IMG/VR virus record: IMGVR_UViG_3300027977_000027
Span: 9,021 to 73,020 of that record
From: a virus
Strand: one strand, 5' to 3'
DNA length: 64,000 nt
The notes below the pieces were generated by a model that was not told the origin of the DNA, did no database searches, and was given only the letters and a program-made list of their open reading frames with translations. Of the stretch, positions 17,602 to 27,515 are shown piece after piece. The number at the start of each line of letters is the position of its first letter. Position 1 is the stretch's first letter. The position numbers and the translations under genes were made by a program.

Positions 17602-17910
17602 ATGGGTAAAAAAAATGAAAAAATAGACAGACGCATGGAGCTTAGTTCTAAGTTTTTAGAAATGGGTTGTTCACTAATTAAAGAAGGTGATGAATTAAAT
17701 GATTATTCGATAACACAATCTGGTAACGTCATGATTTTGTTAGCGGGTATTATTTTGGAAGAAAAAGATAGTTTTGAATTTGCGAATTTGTGTAGTATGT
17801 TTTCGGCAAAAAAACTAATGGAAAGCATGGGTGGTTTTGGGTCAGATATTAGCAATAAAGAAATGATTAGGAAAATACTAGGGTTGGATGGTGAAGACCT
17901 AGGAATTTAA
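17602..17910 (+). CDS. Hypothetical protein
   Basis: ORF after a TACCTTTG promoter. Confidence 0.65.
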   Translation: MGKKNEKIDRRMELSSKFLEMGCSLIKEGDELNDYSITQSGNVMILLAGIILEEKDSFEFANLCSMFSAKKLMESMGGFGSDISNKEMIRKILGLDGEDLGI

Positions 17911-17926
17911 ACCTACTTGAAAGTAT

Positions 17927-18000
17927 GGTCCCGTAGCTTAGTTGGATAGAGCAACAGATTTCTAATCTGTGGGTCAGGGGCCCGAATCCCTTCAGGTTAC
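17927..18000 (+). pseudogene. tRNA-Arg(TCT) pseudogene
   Basis: Intact D and anticodon arms; T loop CCCGAAT and three acceptor-stem mismatches. Confidence 0.7.
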
Positions 18001-18068
18001 AATTTTTTTTATAAAGTATTTGGAATTGTCAAAAATTTTTTATACCTTTGCGTACTAAATAAAAGGTT

Positions 18069-19193
18069 ATGTTAGCAATACAAAAATTTATTATTGAAAA
18101 TGGTTTAGCAAAAGCCATAACTGAGTTCAACCTTAAATCTAGGGTTTATGAACATAAGATTCTTTTAAAATACGACCAATTATCAGCGCCATCATTGATG
18201 GCATTACCAGAGGTTCAAGAATGTCGTGGTCTTATCTTAGAAAGAAACTCTTGGAAAGTTATGTCGTTAGCATTTACCAAGTTCTTCAATTCCGAAGAAG
18301 GCAACGCACATAAAGTTGATTGGAACACTGCACATGTCTTAGAAAAACTTGATGGTACATGTATTCAAGTCTATTATGACTGGAACAACATGACTTGGTA
18401 TGCTGGAACAACAGGAACTGCCGATGGTGAAGGTGAGGTTAACAATAAAACTGGCACAACGTTTAACCAATTATTTTGGAAAACTATTAAAGAAAAATAT
18501 AATTTAGAAGCGTCAAAATTTAACGCTGGTTACACTTATGTATTTGAATTAACAACACCTTATAATATCGTGGTTAAACCTCATGGTGAATCATCAGCCA
18601 CATTATTGACTGTTAGGAATCTAGAAACTTTGGAAGAAGTTTCATTTGAAGAACTAACAACAATAGCTGAAGAATTGGGAGTACCACGTGTTAAATCTTA
18701 CGATTTAAACGCTAAGAATGTTGGTGCTTTGATAAAAACGTTCGTTGGTATGGTATGGCATGACGAAGGTTATGTTGTGGTTGATGCTAACCATAACCGA
18801 GTAAAGATAAAGAACCCAGCTTATGTACATGCACATCACCTTAAAGGTAAGATGGGTAACCATCATATAATGGGGATAATCAAGACCAACGAAATTGAAG
18901 AATTTGCTTCTACATTCCCAGAAAGAAAGAATGAATTGTATAAGTTAAAAACAAACTATGATGCGTTAATCACAAAGCTAAACTTTGTTTGGGATGAACT
19001 TAAAACTTTGCGCCCAAAGAATATAACACCAGAAGAAAAGAAAAAATATGCGCAAGCAGTATTTGAAGTTTGTGATAAAAGAGAAGTTAAAAACTTCACT
19101 GGTTTGTTTTTTGGGTTAAACGATGGAAAAGTATCTTCTGTTGAAGACTTCATGTTAAAATATGATGATAAAGCCTTGTACAAAATCCTCTAA
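18069..19193 (+). CDS. RNA ligase, T4 Rnl1 family
   Basis: ECRGLIL, AFTKFFN, EKLDGT, FEL, EGYVV, RVKIK. Confidence 0.88.
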   Translation: MLAIQKFIIENGLAKAITEFNLKSRVYEHKILLKYDQLSAPSLMALPEVQECRGLILERNSWKVMSLAFTKFFNSEEGNAHKVDWNTAHVLEKLDGTCIQVYYDWNNMTWYAGTTGTADGEGEVNNKTGTTFNQLFWKTIKEKYNLEASKFNAGYTYVFELTTPYNIVVKPHGESSATLLTVRNLETLEEVSFEELTTIAEELGVPRVKSYDLNAKNVGALIKTFVGMVWHDEGYVVVDANHNRVKIKNPAYVHAHHLKGKMGNHHIMGIIKTNEIEEFASTFPERKNELYKLKTNYDALITKLNFVWDELKTLRPKNITPEEKKKYAQAVFEVCDKREVKNFTGLFFGLNDGKVSSVEDFMLKYDDKALYKIL

Positions 19194-19247
19194 GCTTTCT
19201 TAGAGGGTTCTTGCTTCTTTAAAATTAATTTGGTAAATTTGTAAATT

Positions 19248-19574
19248 ATGAATATAAATGAAATCCTTAGAGCCAATGGTTTGTTTATGGGTAGGATGAT
19301 GTCCTTCTCAAAGAGTGATTACAGGGACAGAAACCCTAACAGCGTTTGCTACTTTAATGCAAACATCGTAACTGCCAAAGAAGGTAAGATTTGGTATGGT
19401 GATTTAGACTTAACCAAAGATGGTGAAACTATTAAAGCTATTGCTGAAGAATATGGTGTCACATTGTATGTTTTGCGTGAAATGGATGCTCGATTTGAAT
19501 ATGAAAGTGAAGATGGGGTAAAATTAATCCAAAAAGCTGTATGGGACACAACACAAGAAATTCCGTTTATATGA
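19248..19574 (+). CDS. Hypothetical protein
   Basis: 108 aa ORF. Confidence 0.7.
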   Translation: MNINEILRANGLFMGRMMSFSKSDYRDRNPNSVCYFNANIVTAKEGKIWYGDLDLTKDGETIKAIAEEYGVTLYVLREMDARFEYESEDGVKLIQKAVWDTTQEIPFI

Positions 19575-19957
19575 CAAAAGAAGAGTTTAATAAGTATTTA
19601 GAATCTATAGGTGGGTTGGAAAGGTCATGGAGGCCAGAAAGGGGGAAGATATTAACTAGTGATTTCTTTGACATAGAAGAAGGTTGGTATGATTTGGTTA
19701 AATGTTTAATTGATGAACTTATTGCAATAGGTTGGGACAGACAAGTTAATCAAGTAAAAGAGAAATTTGGGGGTTTAAGATTTTATGTCGAAAATTTGTC
19801 AGATGAAGGTTATAAAGTGATAGATAAATATGAAAATTTATCATATAAAACATGTGAGATATGCGGTAAAGAAGGTGTTTTAAGAAAAGGTTCTTGGTTA
19901 AAAACACTTTGTGATGAACATGCAAATGGTAGCGAACCTTTTAAATTTCCAAAATAA
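19571..19957 (+). CDS. Conserved phage protein
   Basis: QVKEKFGGLRFY...CEICG...W..TLC motif. Confidence 0.75.
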   Translation: MTKEEFNKYLESIGGLERSWRPERGKILTSDFFDIEEGWYDLVKCLIDELIAIGWDRQVNQVKEKFGGLRFYVENLSDEGYKVIDKYENLSYKTCEICGKEGVLRKGSWLKTLCDEHANGSEPFKFPK

Positions 19958-20009
19958 ATTTGGTATTATCAATTTAATTCATTACCTTTGTATGACTAAA
20001 TAAAAATAC

Positions 20010-21419
20010 ATGACAATTAAAGAAATCTTCGATGAAATTGCTGCTGAATCAAGCACCAACCAAAAAATGGAAATCCTTAAAAAATATAAGGATAATGAAT
20101 TGCTTAAACGTGTGCTTTATTTGGCCAATTCAAAGCGAGTTAAATTCTTCATCAAACAAATCCCAGCGTACACTCACAATACAATTGGTTGGACTCTAGA
20201 AGAAGCGTTGAATATGCTTATGACTATAGCTAATCGTGAGTTTACAGGTCAAAATGCTATAGATAAATTAACTATTTGGTTAGAGAATGTATCAACTGAT
20301 GATGCATATATCATTGAGCGTATCATTGAAAAAGATTGCAAAATTGGTATGGGAACAACCTTCATGAACAAGGTATTCAAAGACCTTATCGAAGACACAC
20401 CATACATGGGTGCAATATCGTTTGATGAGAAAAAAGCTCGTTCTATCTTTGATAATGGTGGTCGTGGTATATCTCAAATAAAAATGGATGGTCGTTATTG
20501 TAACGCTATCATTCGTTCTGGTGAAGTTGAATTGGAGAGTCGTAGTGGTGAAGCGACAATAGTAACTGGTGCCAAATTCTTGAGTGAATTAGCATCATTT
20601 CAAGATTGTGTGTTGAATGGAGAATTGACAATGGATGGCGTACCACGTTACGAATCTAATGGTATTATTGCTTCAGTTATTGACATACAAAGCAAACGTG
20701 GTGAACGCACAGAAAAAGAAACAGCTAAGAAGCTTGAAGCTTTTGAAAAGAAACATGGTAGCTTTGAAAAAGCTTTGAACTCTATTCGTTATACTGTATG
20801 GGATGTTATTAGTATTGATGAATATTTTAACAAACTTTCAAAAATACCTTATTTGGTACGTTTGGCTAAAGTTGAGCGTTTGATTTCCGAGTCTAACACC
20901 ACTATGGTTAAGATGATTGAAAGTCGTATTGTACATTCATACAAAGAAGCTATGGACCACTTTCAAGAAGTCCTTGCAACTGAAGTTGATGGTGTCCCAC
21001 AAGAAGGGACGATTCTTAAATCTGATGCTGGGACTTGGAAAGATGGCAAACCAAACTGGCAAATCAAACTAAAAATCGAGATGAATGTTGATTTAAAGAT
21101 AGTTGGGTTTAATTATGGAACCAAAGGTACTAAAAATGAAAATGTTATTTCGTCTTTAGTATGTGAATCCTCTGACGGAAAATTGGTTACTCAACCACAA
21201 GGTTTGAAAGAATCTTATATGAAACACATAACTGAAAATCAAGATAAACTTTTAGGGTCTATAATTGAAGTTAAGTGTTCTGGTCTTTCTAATGACGTAA
21301 CAGGTGCATATTCACTTATGTACCCAGCATTTAAAAGTTTTAGAGACGATAAAAATGTTGCCGATTCATTAGATGATATTATTGCTAATGAGAAAATGAT
21401 AAAGGGTGTTACTGTTTAA
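20010..21419 (+). CDS. ATP-dependent DNA ligase
   Basis: KMDGRY, LNGEL, VWD, EGTILK, IKLK, OB fold. Confidence 0.92.
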   Translation: MTIKEIFDEIAAESSTNQKMEILKKYKDNELLKRVLYLANSKRVKFFIKQIPAYTHNTIGWTLEEALNMLMTIANREFTGQNAIDKLTIWLENVSTDDAYIIERIIEKDCKIGMGTTFMNKVFKDLIEDTPYMGAISFDEKKARSIFDNGGRGISQIKMDGRYCNAIIRSGEVELESRSGEATIVTGAKFLSELASFQDCVLNGELTMDGVPRYESNGIIASVIDIQSKRGERTEKETAKKLEAFEKKHGSFEKALNSIRYTVWDVISIDEYFNKLSKIPYLVRLAKVERLISESNTTMVKMIESRIVHSYKEAMDHFQEVLATEVDGVPQEGTILKSDAGTWKDGKPNWQIKLKIEMNVDLKIVGFNYGTKGTKNENVISSLVCESSDGKLVTQPQGLKESYMKHITENQDKLLGSIIEVKCSGLSNDVTGAYSLMYPAFKSFRDDKNVADSLDDIIANEKMIKGVTV

Positions 21420-22176
21420 TGGCAAACCATTTAACATAATCTTTATATTGATTTAACACCTCTTTTTTTATAGTTTTACCAGTATAAATTGGTTTACCAT
21501 TATTGTAGTATGATTTTCGTAATGCTTTAGTTGGTAAACCATTTTCTTTACATATAGTTTCAAAATCACCATTACAAATAAATTTTAGGTTGTTATTTGA
21601 ATCGTAAATGTTTATTTTTATAGCAGCTGGGTTTTTATCTTTAACCATTTTACCTTTCATTCTATTAGACATTTTTATTTTCTCTTCATCAGAACGTTTA
21701 AGACCAGTGATAGCCTTAATAACATTTAATCTATGTGTTTCTGATTTTTTAATACCAGACATTTTTTTAGATTGTTTTTCTTTAGATTCATGAGTGCGTT
21801 TAGTACCTAATTTAGCTTGTCTCATTCGTTCTTTTGCTATTTCTGAAAAATAGTAATCTTCACGACCGCCACCACCTTTTGTCATATTATAGCCATTTAC
21901 ATAAGAATCAAACTTATTAATATATTTTATTTCTAATTCATTGGCTTGTTTAATATTTGTAATACCAGTTTCTAATATCTCCCAAGTAAAATTATCAATT
22001 GTGTATTTCCTAATAGCTTGATGAAACTTAAATTTACTTTCTATTTGGCTTTCATATATGTGTTCATATTTGCGGACGTTAAAATCACGGCTGGTAAGAC
22101 CAATATAAGTTTTATTGTTAATTTTATTGGTAATTTTATAAATGATATATGTTTTATTTTTCACGTTTAAGTTCAT
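21409..22176 (-). CDS. GIY-YIG homing endonuclease with NUMOD3 repeats
   Basis: IIYKITNKINNKTYIGLT...GYNMTKGG. Confidence 0.9.
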   Translation of the reverse strand: MNLNVKNKTYIIYKITNKINNKTYIGLTSRDFNVRKYEHIYESQIESKFKFHQAIRKYTIDNFTWEILETGITNIKQANELEIKYINKFDSYVNGYNMTKGGGGREDYYFSEIAKERMRQAKLGTKRTHESKEKQSKKMSGIKKSETHRLNVIKAITGLKRSDEEKIKMSNRMKGKMVKDKNPAAIKINIYDSNNNLKFICNGDFETICKENGLPTKALRKSYYNNGKPIYTGKTIKKEVLNQYKDYVKWFAIKQ

Positions 22177-22306
22177 TTTCTATTAGTATTTTAATCAATT
22201 TGTTCATTGAATAACCGTGTCTATCACAATGTGATTTAAACATGTTTTTAAGTTCTTGTGACATTCTGATTGGCCAGATAACATCTTTTTGTTTTTCTTT
22301 CTGCAT
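22154..22306 (-). CDS. Arc-like ribbon-helix-helix protein (50 aa, not in ORF track)
   Basis: MQKEKQKDVIWPIRMSQELKNMFKSHCDRHGYSMNKLIKILIENELKREK; overlaps the GIY-YIG start. Confidence 0.7.
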   Translation of the reverse strand: MQKEKQKDVIWPIRMSQELKNMFKSHCDRHGYSMNKLIKILIENELKREK

Positions 22307-22522
22307 AGTGTATTTCATTTGTTATACATATAAATATACCAATAAATTAGAAAAGTTAAATATTTTGTAAAATAAATTTGCAAGATTCAAAAACATTTTG
22401 TACCTTTGTATTAAAATAAACCAGTAACCCGAAAATAGTATTATAGAGTAGGGGTTTTAATTATAAATAATATGAGTTTAGTTAATTCAATGATTAATCA
22501 AATTAGACGTTAAAAAAGCATT

Positions 22523-22987
22523 ATGAAAAAACATATTTCATTCCCATCTATTGAGCAATTTAGAAATGTTGTTGGCACCGTAAATCGCCAATACAATTTT
22601 GTTGGTTTGGATGAAAATGGTGAAGCTATTTATGATTCTTCACTACCTAAACCAGTTCTAACATTTAAAGGTACCGTCAAAATTCACGGTTGTTTTGACA
22701 AGGATAGTTTAGTTATGTTAGCTAATGGCGAAGAAATACCAATATCTGAAATTAATGTTGGTGACCAAGTTTTATCTTATGATATTGAAAATGGTAAGTT
22801 TATAGAAAAAGAAGTTTTACATACTGAAAATAAAGAGTCTGATAAAAAATGGTTAAAATTAATTTTTGATAATGATTCTTTTATTGAATGTACTGAAGAC
22901 CATAAATTTTATACAATCAATAGAGGCTGGGTTGAAGCTAAAAATTTAACAGAAAATGATATTTTTTTGGAATCAATGATGATTTAG
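22523..22987 (+). CDS. Rnl2-family RNA ligase N-extein fused to split intein N half
   Basis: ...TVKIHG then CFDKDSLV (block A) and IECTEDHKF (block B TxxH). Confidence 0.9.
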   Translation: MKKHISFPSIEQFRNVVGTVNRQYNFVGLDENGEAIYDSSLPKPVLTFKGTVKIHGCFDKDSLVMLANGEEIPISEINVGDQVLSYDIENGKFIEKEVLHTENKESDKKWLKLIFDNDSFIECTEDHKFYTINRGWVEAKNLTENDIFLESMMI

Positions 22988-23047
22988 CATTAGTTTCGTG
23001 AATACCTACATATTTATATTAAATAATAAAATATAAATAAAGGTAAA

Positions 23048-23884
23048 ATGATTCTAAAGACTTGGTGTAAATTAGTTAATGGTCGGTTTGGTTATGTTAA
23101 GAAAATATCTATGAAAACTGAACCTATAAACGAGGTTTGTTGTGATATATGTTGTAAAATATTTGAAGAAAGAGTTAAAGACACGTTAGAAAATGAAAAT
23201 AAATGGGGTAAACAACTTTGTGGTCGGTGTCGTAAAATTGAAAATGGGAAAAATTTTGGTAAAATTGGTGGTAAAATTTTAAAATCTTTTACTAAAGAAG
23301 AAAAAAGTAAAATATCTAGTGATGCTGGTAAAATTTCACATAAGAAAAATCCAAATAATAAAGGTAAATTTAGTACTGAAAGGTGGAATAATATGAGTGA
23401 ACTCCAACAAAAACAGCAAGTAACTAAAGCTAATAAAGCATTACATGATAAACTTAATAGTGATGAAAATTTAAAACGTGAACATTTTTTAAAGGTTTTT
23501 AAAAATAGTAAAATAGGTTTTACAAGTAAAGGTCATAACGAATTACATTTATTTTTAAAGGAGTTTGGTTTTAAGCAACATGAACAAATTTTAAATATGG
23601 AAGTTGATGAATGTAATTTAAACTTAAAAATAATTATAGAATTTAATGGTGATATGTACCATTGTAATCCTAGGAAATGGAAACCTAACGATTATAATAA
23701 AGTAATTAAAATGACGGCTAGTGAAAAATGGGGAAAAGATAGAAACAGGTATTATAAATTAAAATCATTAGGTTATATTACATTTGTCGTTTGGGAAGAA
23801 GATTGGGGTTTAAATCGTGAAAAAACTAAAGAAAAAATACTTAAATTTATAAATAAAAGAAAATATGAAATTAAAAAAAATTGA
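23048..23884 (+). CDS. Free-standing Vsr-like endonuclease between the intein halves
   Basis: CxxC pairs; IIEFNGDMYHCNP...GY...VVWE. Confidence 0.8.
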   Translation: MILKTWCKLVNGRFGYVKKISMKTEPINEVCCDICCKIFEERVKDTLENENKWGKQLCGRCRKIENGKNFGKIGGKILKSFTKEEKSKISSDAGKISHKKNPNNKGKFSTERWNNMSELQQKQQVTKANKALHDKLNSDENLKREHFLKVFKNSKIGFTSKGHNELHLFLKEFGFKQHEQILNMEVDECNLNLKIIIEFNGDMYHCNPRKWKPNDYNKVIKMTASEKWGKDRNRYYKLKSLGYITFVVWEEDWGLNREKTKEKILKFINKRKYEIKKN

Positions 23885-24860
23885 AAAAATTGAAAATAAA
23901 AAATCATATGATATATCTGTTAAAGATACTAATTGTTTTTTTGTTAATGGTATATTGGTCCACAACTCCAACGCTGGAGTTTGTTTTAACAAGTCAGATG
24001 GTATTTGGGTTCAATCACGTGAAAACATTATCACACCATTATCAGATAATGCTGGATTTGCTTTCTTTGTTGAAACAAATAAAACTGCTTTTTTGGAAAT
24101 TTTAAATCAAATTGCTGAAAAATTTGAAATTAATTTAGATGAAAACACTATTTCGCTTTATGGTGAATGGGCTGGTTCGTCAATTCAAAAAGGTGTTGCT
24201 ATCACAAACATCCCAAAATCATTTTTTATTTTTGGTATTAAAATAACACCACATGTTGAAACAGATGAAGAAAGAAAAGAAAAACCAGCATATTGGGTAG
24301 ACTACACCACTTTTAAAAATGTTGAAGCGAAAATTTTCAATGTAAACGATTTTAAAACATTTGAAATCGAGATTGATTTTAAACATCCAGAATTGGTTCA
24401 AAATAAAATAGTAGAAATGACATTATCGGTTGAAGAAGAATGTCCTATTGCTAAAGAATTTGGTTTTTCTGGTGTTGGTGAGGGTATTGTCTTTACTTAT
24501 GTAAATGATAAAGGTCAAAGAGTTTCTTTCAAGTCTAAAGGTGAAAAACATGCAACTGGTTCTAAAGTAAAAACAGTAAAACCAGTTGATGATGTTAGGA
24601 TTGCAAAACTTCAAGAATTAGCTGATAAAGTAACACCAGAATGGAGATTGGACCAAATGTTAACTAATACATTTAATCTTATTAACGGTGGTGAATTAGA
24701 TATTAAACGTTTAGGTGAATATATTAAAAATGTTTCGTTTGATGTTCTTAAAGAAGACGCTGATATTATTTCGGACGCTGGTTTTGAATTCAAAGATATT
24801 GTTAAGTATGTGTCAGAAATAGCTAAAAAATATTTTTTAGTTAAATATAATAATATTTAA
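23865..24860 (+). CDS. Split intein C half fused to Rnl2-family RNA ligase C-extein
   Basis: YDISVKDTNCFFVNGILVHN then SNAG...QSR...LYGEW...GEGIV...FKSK. Confidence 0.9.
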   Translation: MKLKKIEKIENKKSYDISVKDTNCFFVNGILVHNSNAGVCFNKSDGIWVQSRENIITPLSDNAGFAFFVETNKTAFLEILNQIAEKFEINLDENTISLYGEWAGSSIQKGVAITNIPKSFFIFGIKITPHVETDEERKEKPAYWVDYTTFKNVEAKIFNVNDFKTFEIEIDFKHPELVQNKIVEMTLSVEEECPIAKEFGFSGVGEGIVFTYVNDKGQRVSFKSKGEKHATGSKVKTVKPVDDVRIAKLQELADKVTPEWRLDQMLTNTFNLINGGELDIKRLGEYIKNVSFDVLKEDADIISDAGFEFKDIVKYVSEIAKKYFLVKYNNI

Positions 24861-24865
24861 TAGTT

Positions 24866-25069
24866 ATGATTAAGAACAGAGTATATAAATTAAAAAAAAC
24901 GGTTGAGGTGGCGAGAGGATTGACTCTTCAAGCTGGTCAAGAAATTGAGATTGTGATGAATGTTGTTTATATGGGTGGTTTTATGCTACCTCCAGAAATG
25001 CAACCATTATTTTTAGAATGGATAAAAAATAACCCAGCGTTATTTGAAGACGACACACGTAATTGGTAA
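24866..25069 (+). CDS. Hypothetical protein
   Basis: 67 aa ORF. Confidence 0.6.
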   Translation: MIKNRVYKLKKTVEVARGLTLQAGQEIEIVMNVVYMGGFMLPPEMQPLFLEWIKNNPALFEDDTRNW

Positions 25070-25530
25070 TGGAACTAGTAACAACAAATATTTGCACCGC
25101 TAATCAGTTGGGTGTTCATTCAAATATGTTTGGTGGGGAAATGATGTCTATAATTGATTTGGCATCAGCAGCATACGCTGCCCAAATATGTGATTCGCCA
25201 AGAATGGTCACGGTAAAAATTGACGAATTAGTGTTTAAAAATCCTGTAAAAGTTGGTAATATTATTAAATGTTATGCAACGGTAAAAGAGTTTGGTAATA
25301 CATCAATAACTCTTTATGTTGAAGTGCGTAAACACAATGTTTATACTGGAAAACAAGATGTTGTTGTGCATACAAATATTAAATTTGTTCATATAGACGA
25401 AGAAGGCAACCCAATACCTATTTCACAAAGAGTAAAAAATAGGTACGCTGACAGAATGGAGAAGTACGGAAAAGGTCTTTTAAGTTTTGAAGAATTACAA
25501 ACTGAAAAACAAAACAATGGCAAAACATAA
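25069..25530 (+). CDS. Hotdog-fold acyl-CoA thioesterase
   Basis: MFGG.MMS.ID..., VTV.ID...FKNPVKVG, FVHIDEEGNP. Confidence 0.85.
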   Translation: MELVTTNICTANQLGVHSNMFGGEMMSIIDLASAAYAAQICDSPRMVTVKIDELVFKNPVKVGNIIKCYATVKEFGNTSITLYVEVRKHNVYTGKQDVVVHTNIKFVHIDEEGNPIPISQRVKNRYADRMEKYGKGLLSFEELQTEKQNNGKT

Positions 25531-25948
25531 ATGTGAATGTGGGAAAATGGCCGTGTGGGTCTATTTACCAGGATATTCAAACGATTCAAACCCTTACTCT
25601 TGTGATGATTGTGTGATACACCCAGATAATAAAATTGGTTGTTCTTGTAATTGGAATTATGGGTTAGAGCAAGAAGGGTTACCAACTGATAAACCAGAGG
25701 GTATTGAAAATAAAGATTGGAGATGGATTGAATATGAAGGTGATGAATATATAGGGCCGATTACAAAAGAAGATGGGTATTGGGTATACTTAGATGAACG
25801 TGGTAGACCACAGCCATGTGTAGAATATCATTACAGTGAAGACGGGTTTAAAAAAGAGACTTTCATTGATAAAATGATATTTGAAATTAGACATTATTGG
25901 TGTCTGTTAAAATACAAAGCTAGAAAATTTTTTAGAAAGATTTGGTAG
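25517..25948 (+). CDS. Cys-rich hypothetical protein
   Basis: CECG...CDDC...GCSC. Confidence 0.65.
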   Translation: MAKHKCECGKMAVWVYLPGYSNDSNPYSCDDCVIHPDNKIGCSCNWNYGLEQEGLPTDKPEGIENKDWRWIEYEGDEYIGPITKEDGYWVYLDERGRPQPCVEYHYSEDGFKKETFIDKMIFEIRHYWCLLKYKARKFFRKIW

Positions 25949-25976
25949 TTTTGATTTTTTTTAGTACCTTTGTCAA

Positions 25977-26705
25977 ATGAATACTAATATTTTAAAAACA
26001 GGTTATGAATGGTGTTTAGAAGCTAACATCAGACTTCTTAAATTATCAGATTGGGATACAGATAGCAATGATTACCCATTTTACGAAGAAGCTTATTATG
26101 AAGAAAAAATAGACGCTGAAACCTTCAAGTCTAGAATAAGCAATTGCACGGTTAAACCTAACTCACAACCTAGAAAAACAGAGATGTTCTTAGAATATCG
26201 TATGTATGGCTTGGTAAATTATCAATTAACTGGTACTATACATGCTGGAATACAATACGGTCATGCTGTTGTTGAATATGGTCAAAATGTAAAAGGCGCT
26301 GGTAAAATAGAAAAAATTTACGATAAGTGGGCCAATAAAGATAAAACATTTATTATTCTAAATGGTGGGACGACCAACAATAGTGAAACATATGTTGGTA
26401 CGTTAAATAAACATCTAAAAGCTTTTTATGATACTGGTGTGCTTGTTTCTGCTTTTTATGAACCAGACTTAGGCAATCAATTGACTGCATTTGTATTTTT
26501 GGTTGATGAACGAGTTTTTAATAGAACTTTGTACCCAGATTTTGTTCCTGAGACTTTACCATATAGTAGAAAAAAACCTAGTGAAAAACAATTATTAGAA
26601 TTAGAAGAAAGAAATGCTAATAACTACAAACATTGGGTGGAAAAGATAGGTGGGGAAAAGAACGTTTTCTTGAGAGAATATTTAAAACCTTTGAGGTTGG
26701 CTTAA
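25977..26705 (+). CDS. Peptidyl-tRNA hydrolase 2-like protein
   Basis: GIQYGHAVVE...W...KTFIIL...FYEPDLGNQLTA. Confidence 0.6.
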   Translation: MNTNILKTGYEWCLEANIRLLKLSDWDTDSNDYPFYEEAYYEEKIDAETFKSRISNCTVKPNSQPRKTEMFLEYRMYGLVNYQLTGTIHAGIQYGHAVVEYGQNVKGAGKIEKIYDKWANKDKTFIILNGGTTNNSETYVGTLNKHLKAFYDTGVLVSAFYEPDLGNQLTAFVFLVDERVFNRTLYPDFVPETLPYSRKKPSEKQLLELEERNANNYKHWVEKIGGEKNVFLREYLKPLRLA

Positions 26706-27226
26706 TGCAAGACAGAATTACTATAGATGGTAAAATAAAGTTCGAACCAATAGATAGAACCAATAAGCACCGTGAACAAGCTTCGTGGAAAAGAATTGCT
26801 ATGGTTATATTTGATGGTGATGTTACAGACTATTATACTTGGTTTATAAAGAAACGTTATAGTTTAGAATTAAACAAACCTTTGAGAGGCGCACACATAT
26901 CCTTTATTAACGATAGCATACGTGACTTGTCACAAAATGGTAAAAAACATATTACTGAAGTTGATGCTTTATGGAACTCATCAAAAACAAAGTGGGATAA
27001 TCAAACGGTCTCGATAACTTTGTTACTAACACCATCTTTTAAAAAAGAATATTGGTGGTTAAATTTGGATGAAGAAAGCACCAGAAATTTATTAGGGATT
27101 AGAGCTGAATTAGGTTTGGGTAAACCATTTTTTGATTTGCACATGACAATTGGTTATGCAAATGAAAAGAATTCTTTTCACAACGAATATATCAAAAATG
27201 GAATTATTAATGGTTTTATTTGGTAA
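26705..27226 (+). CDS. 2H phosphoesterase family protein
   Basis: AHISF and LHMTIG motifs. Confidence 0.7.
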   Translation: MQDRITIDGKIKFEPIDRTNKHREQASWKRIAMVIFDGDVTDYYTWFIKKRYSLELNKPLRGAHISFINDSIRDLSQNGKKHITEVDALWNSSKTKWDNQTVSITLLLTPSFKKEYWWLNLDEESTRNLLGIRAELGLGKPFFDLHMTIGYANEKNSFHNEYIKNGIINGFIW

Positions 27227-27254
27227 TTAGAAAAATTTTTAGTAGATTTGTATT

Positions 27255-27494
27255 ATGAAAAAATCAGAAATTTTAAAAAGACTAAGTAACGATGAAAAAA
27301 ATAAATTATCTAAATTAGGTAATCGAATCATTGATGAATTTGATTCGCCACATAGTTTTATAAATAATGAAGAATCTAAAATTGCGTCACATATTTTTGT
27401 GATGTCAAAGTGGATAAATGAATTTGAGAGTCTTGGTTTAGATTGGGAGATAAATGTATCTGATGGTTTACCATTTATATGCATGGTTGATTAG
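27255..27494 (+). CDS. Hypothetical protein
   Basis: 79 aa ORF. Confidence 0.55.
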   Translation: MKKSEILKRLSNDEKNKLSKLGNRIIDEFDSPHSFINNEESKIASHIFVMSKWINEFESLGLDWEINVSDGLPFICMVD

Positions 27495-27515
27495 TAAAAA
27501 TTGTTGGTTGAGTAA

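Noticed and set aside
22985-23048. Contiguous intein by TAG readthrough
   Set aside because: Further in-frame TAG and TAA codons follow, and IntC is in a different frame from the endonuclease with its own ATG.
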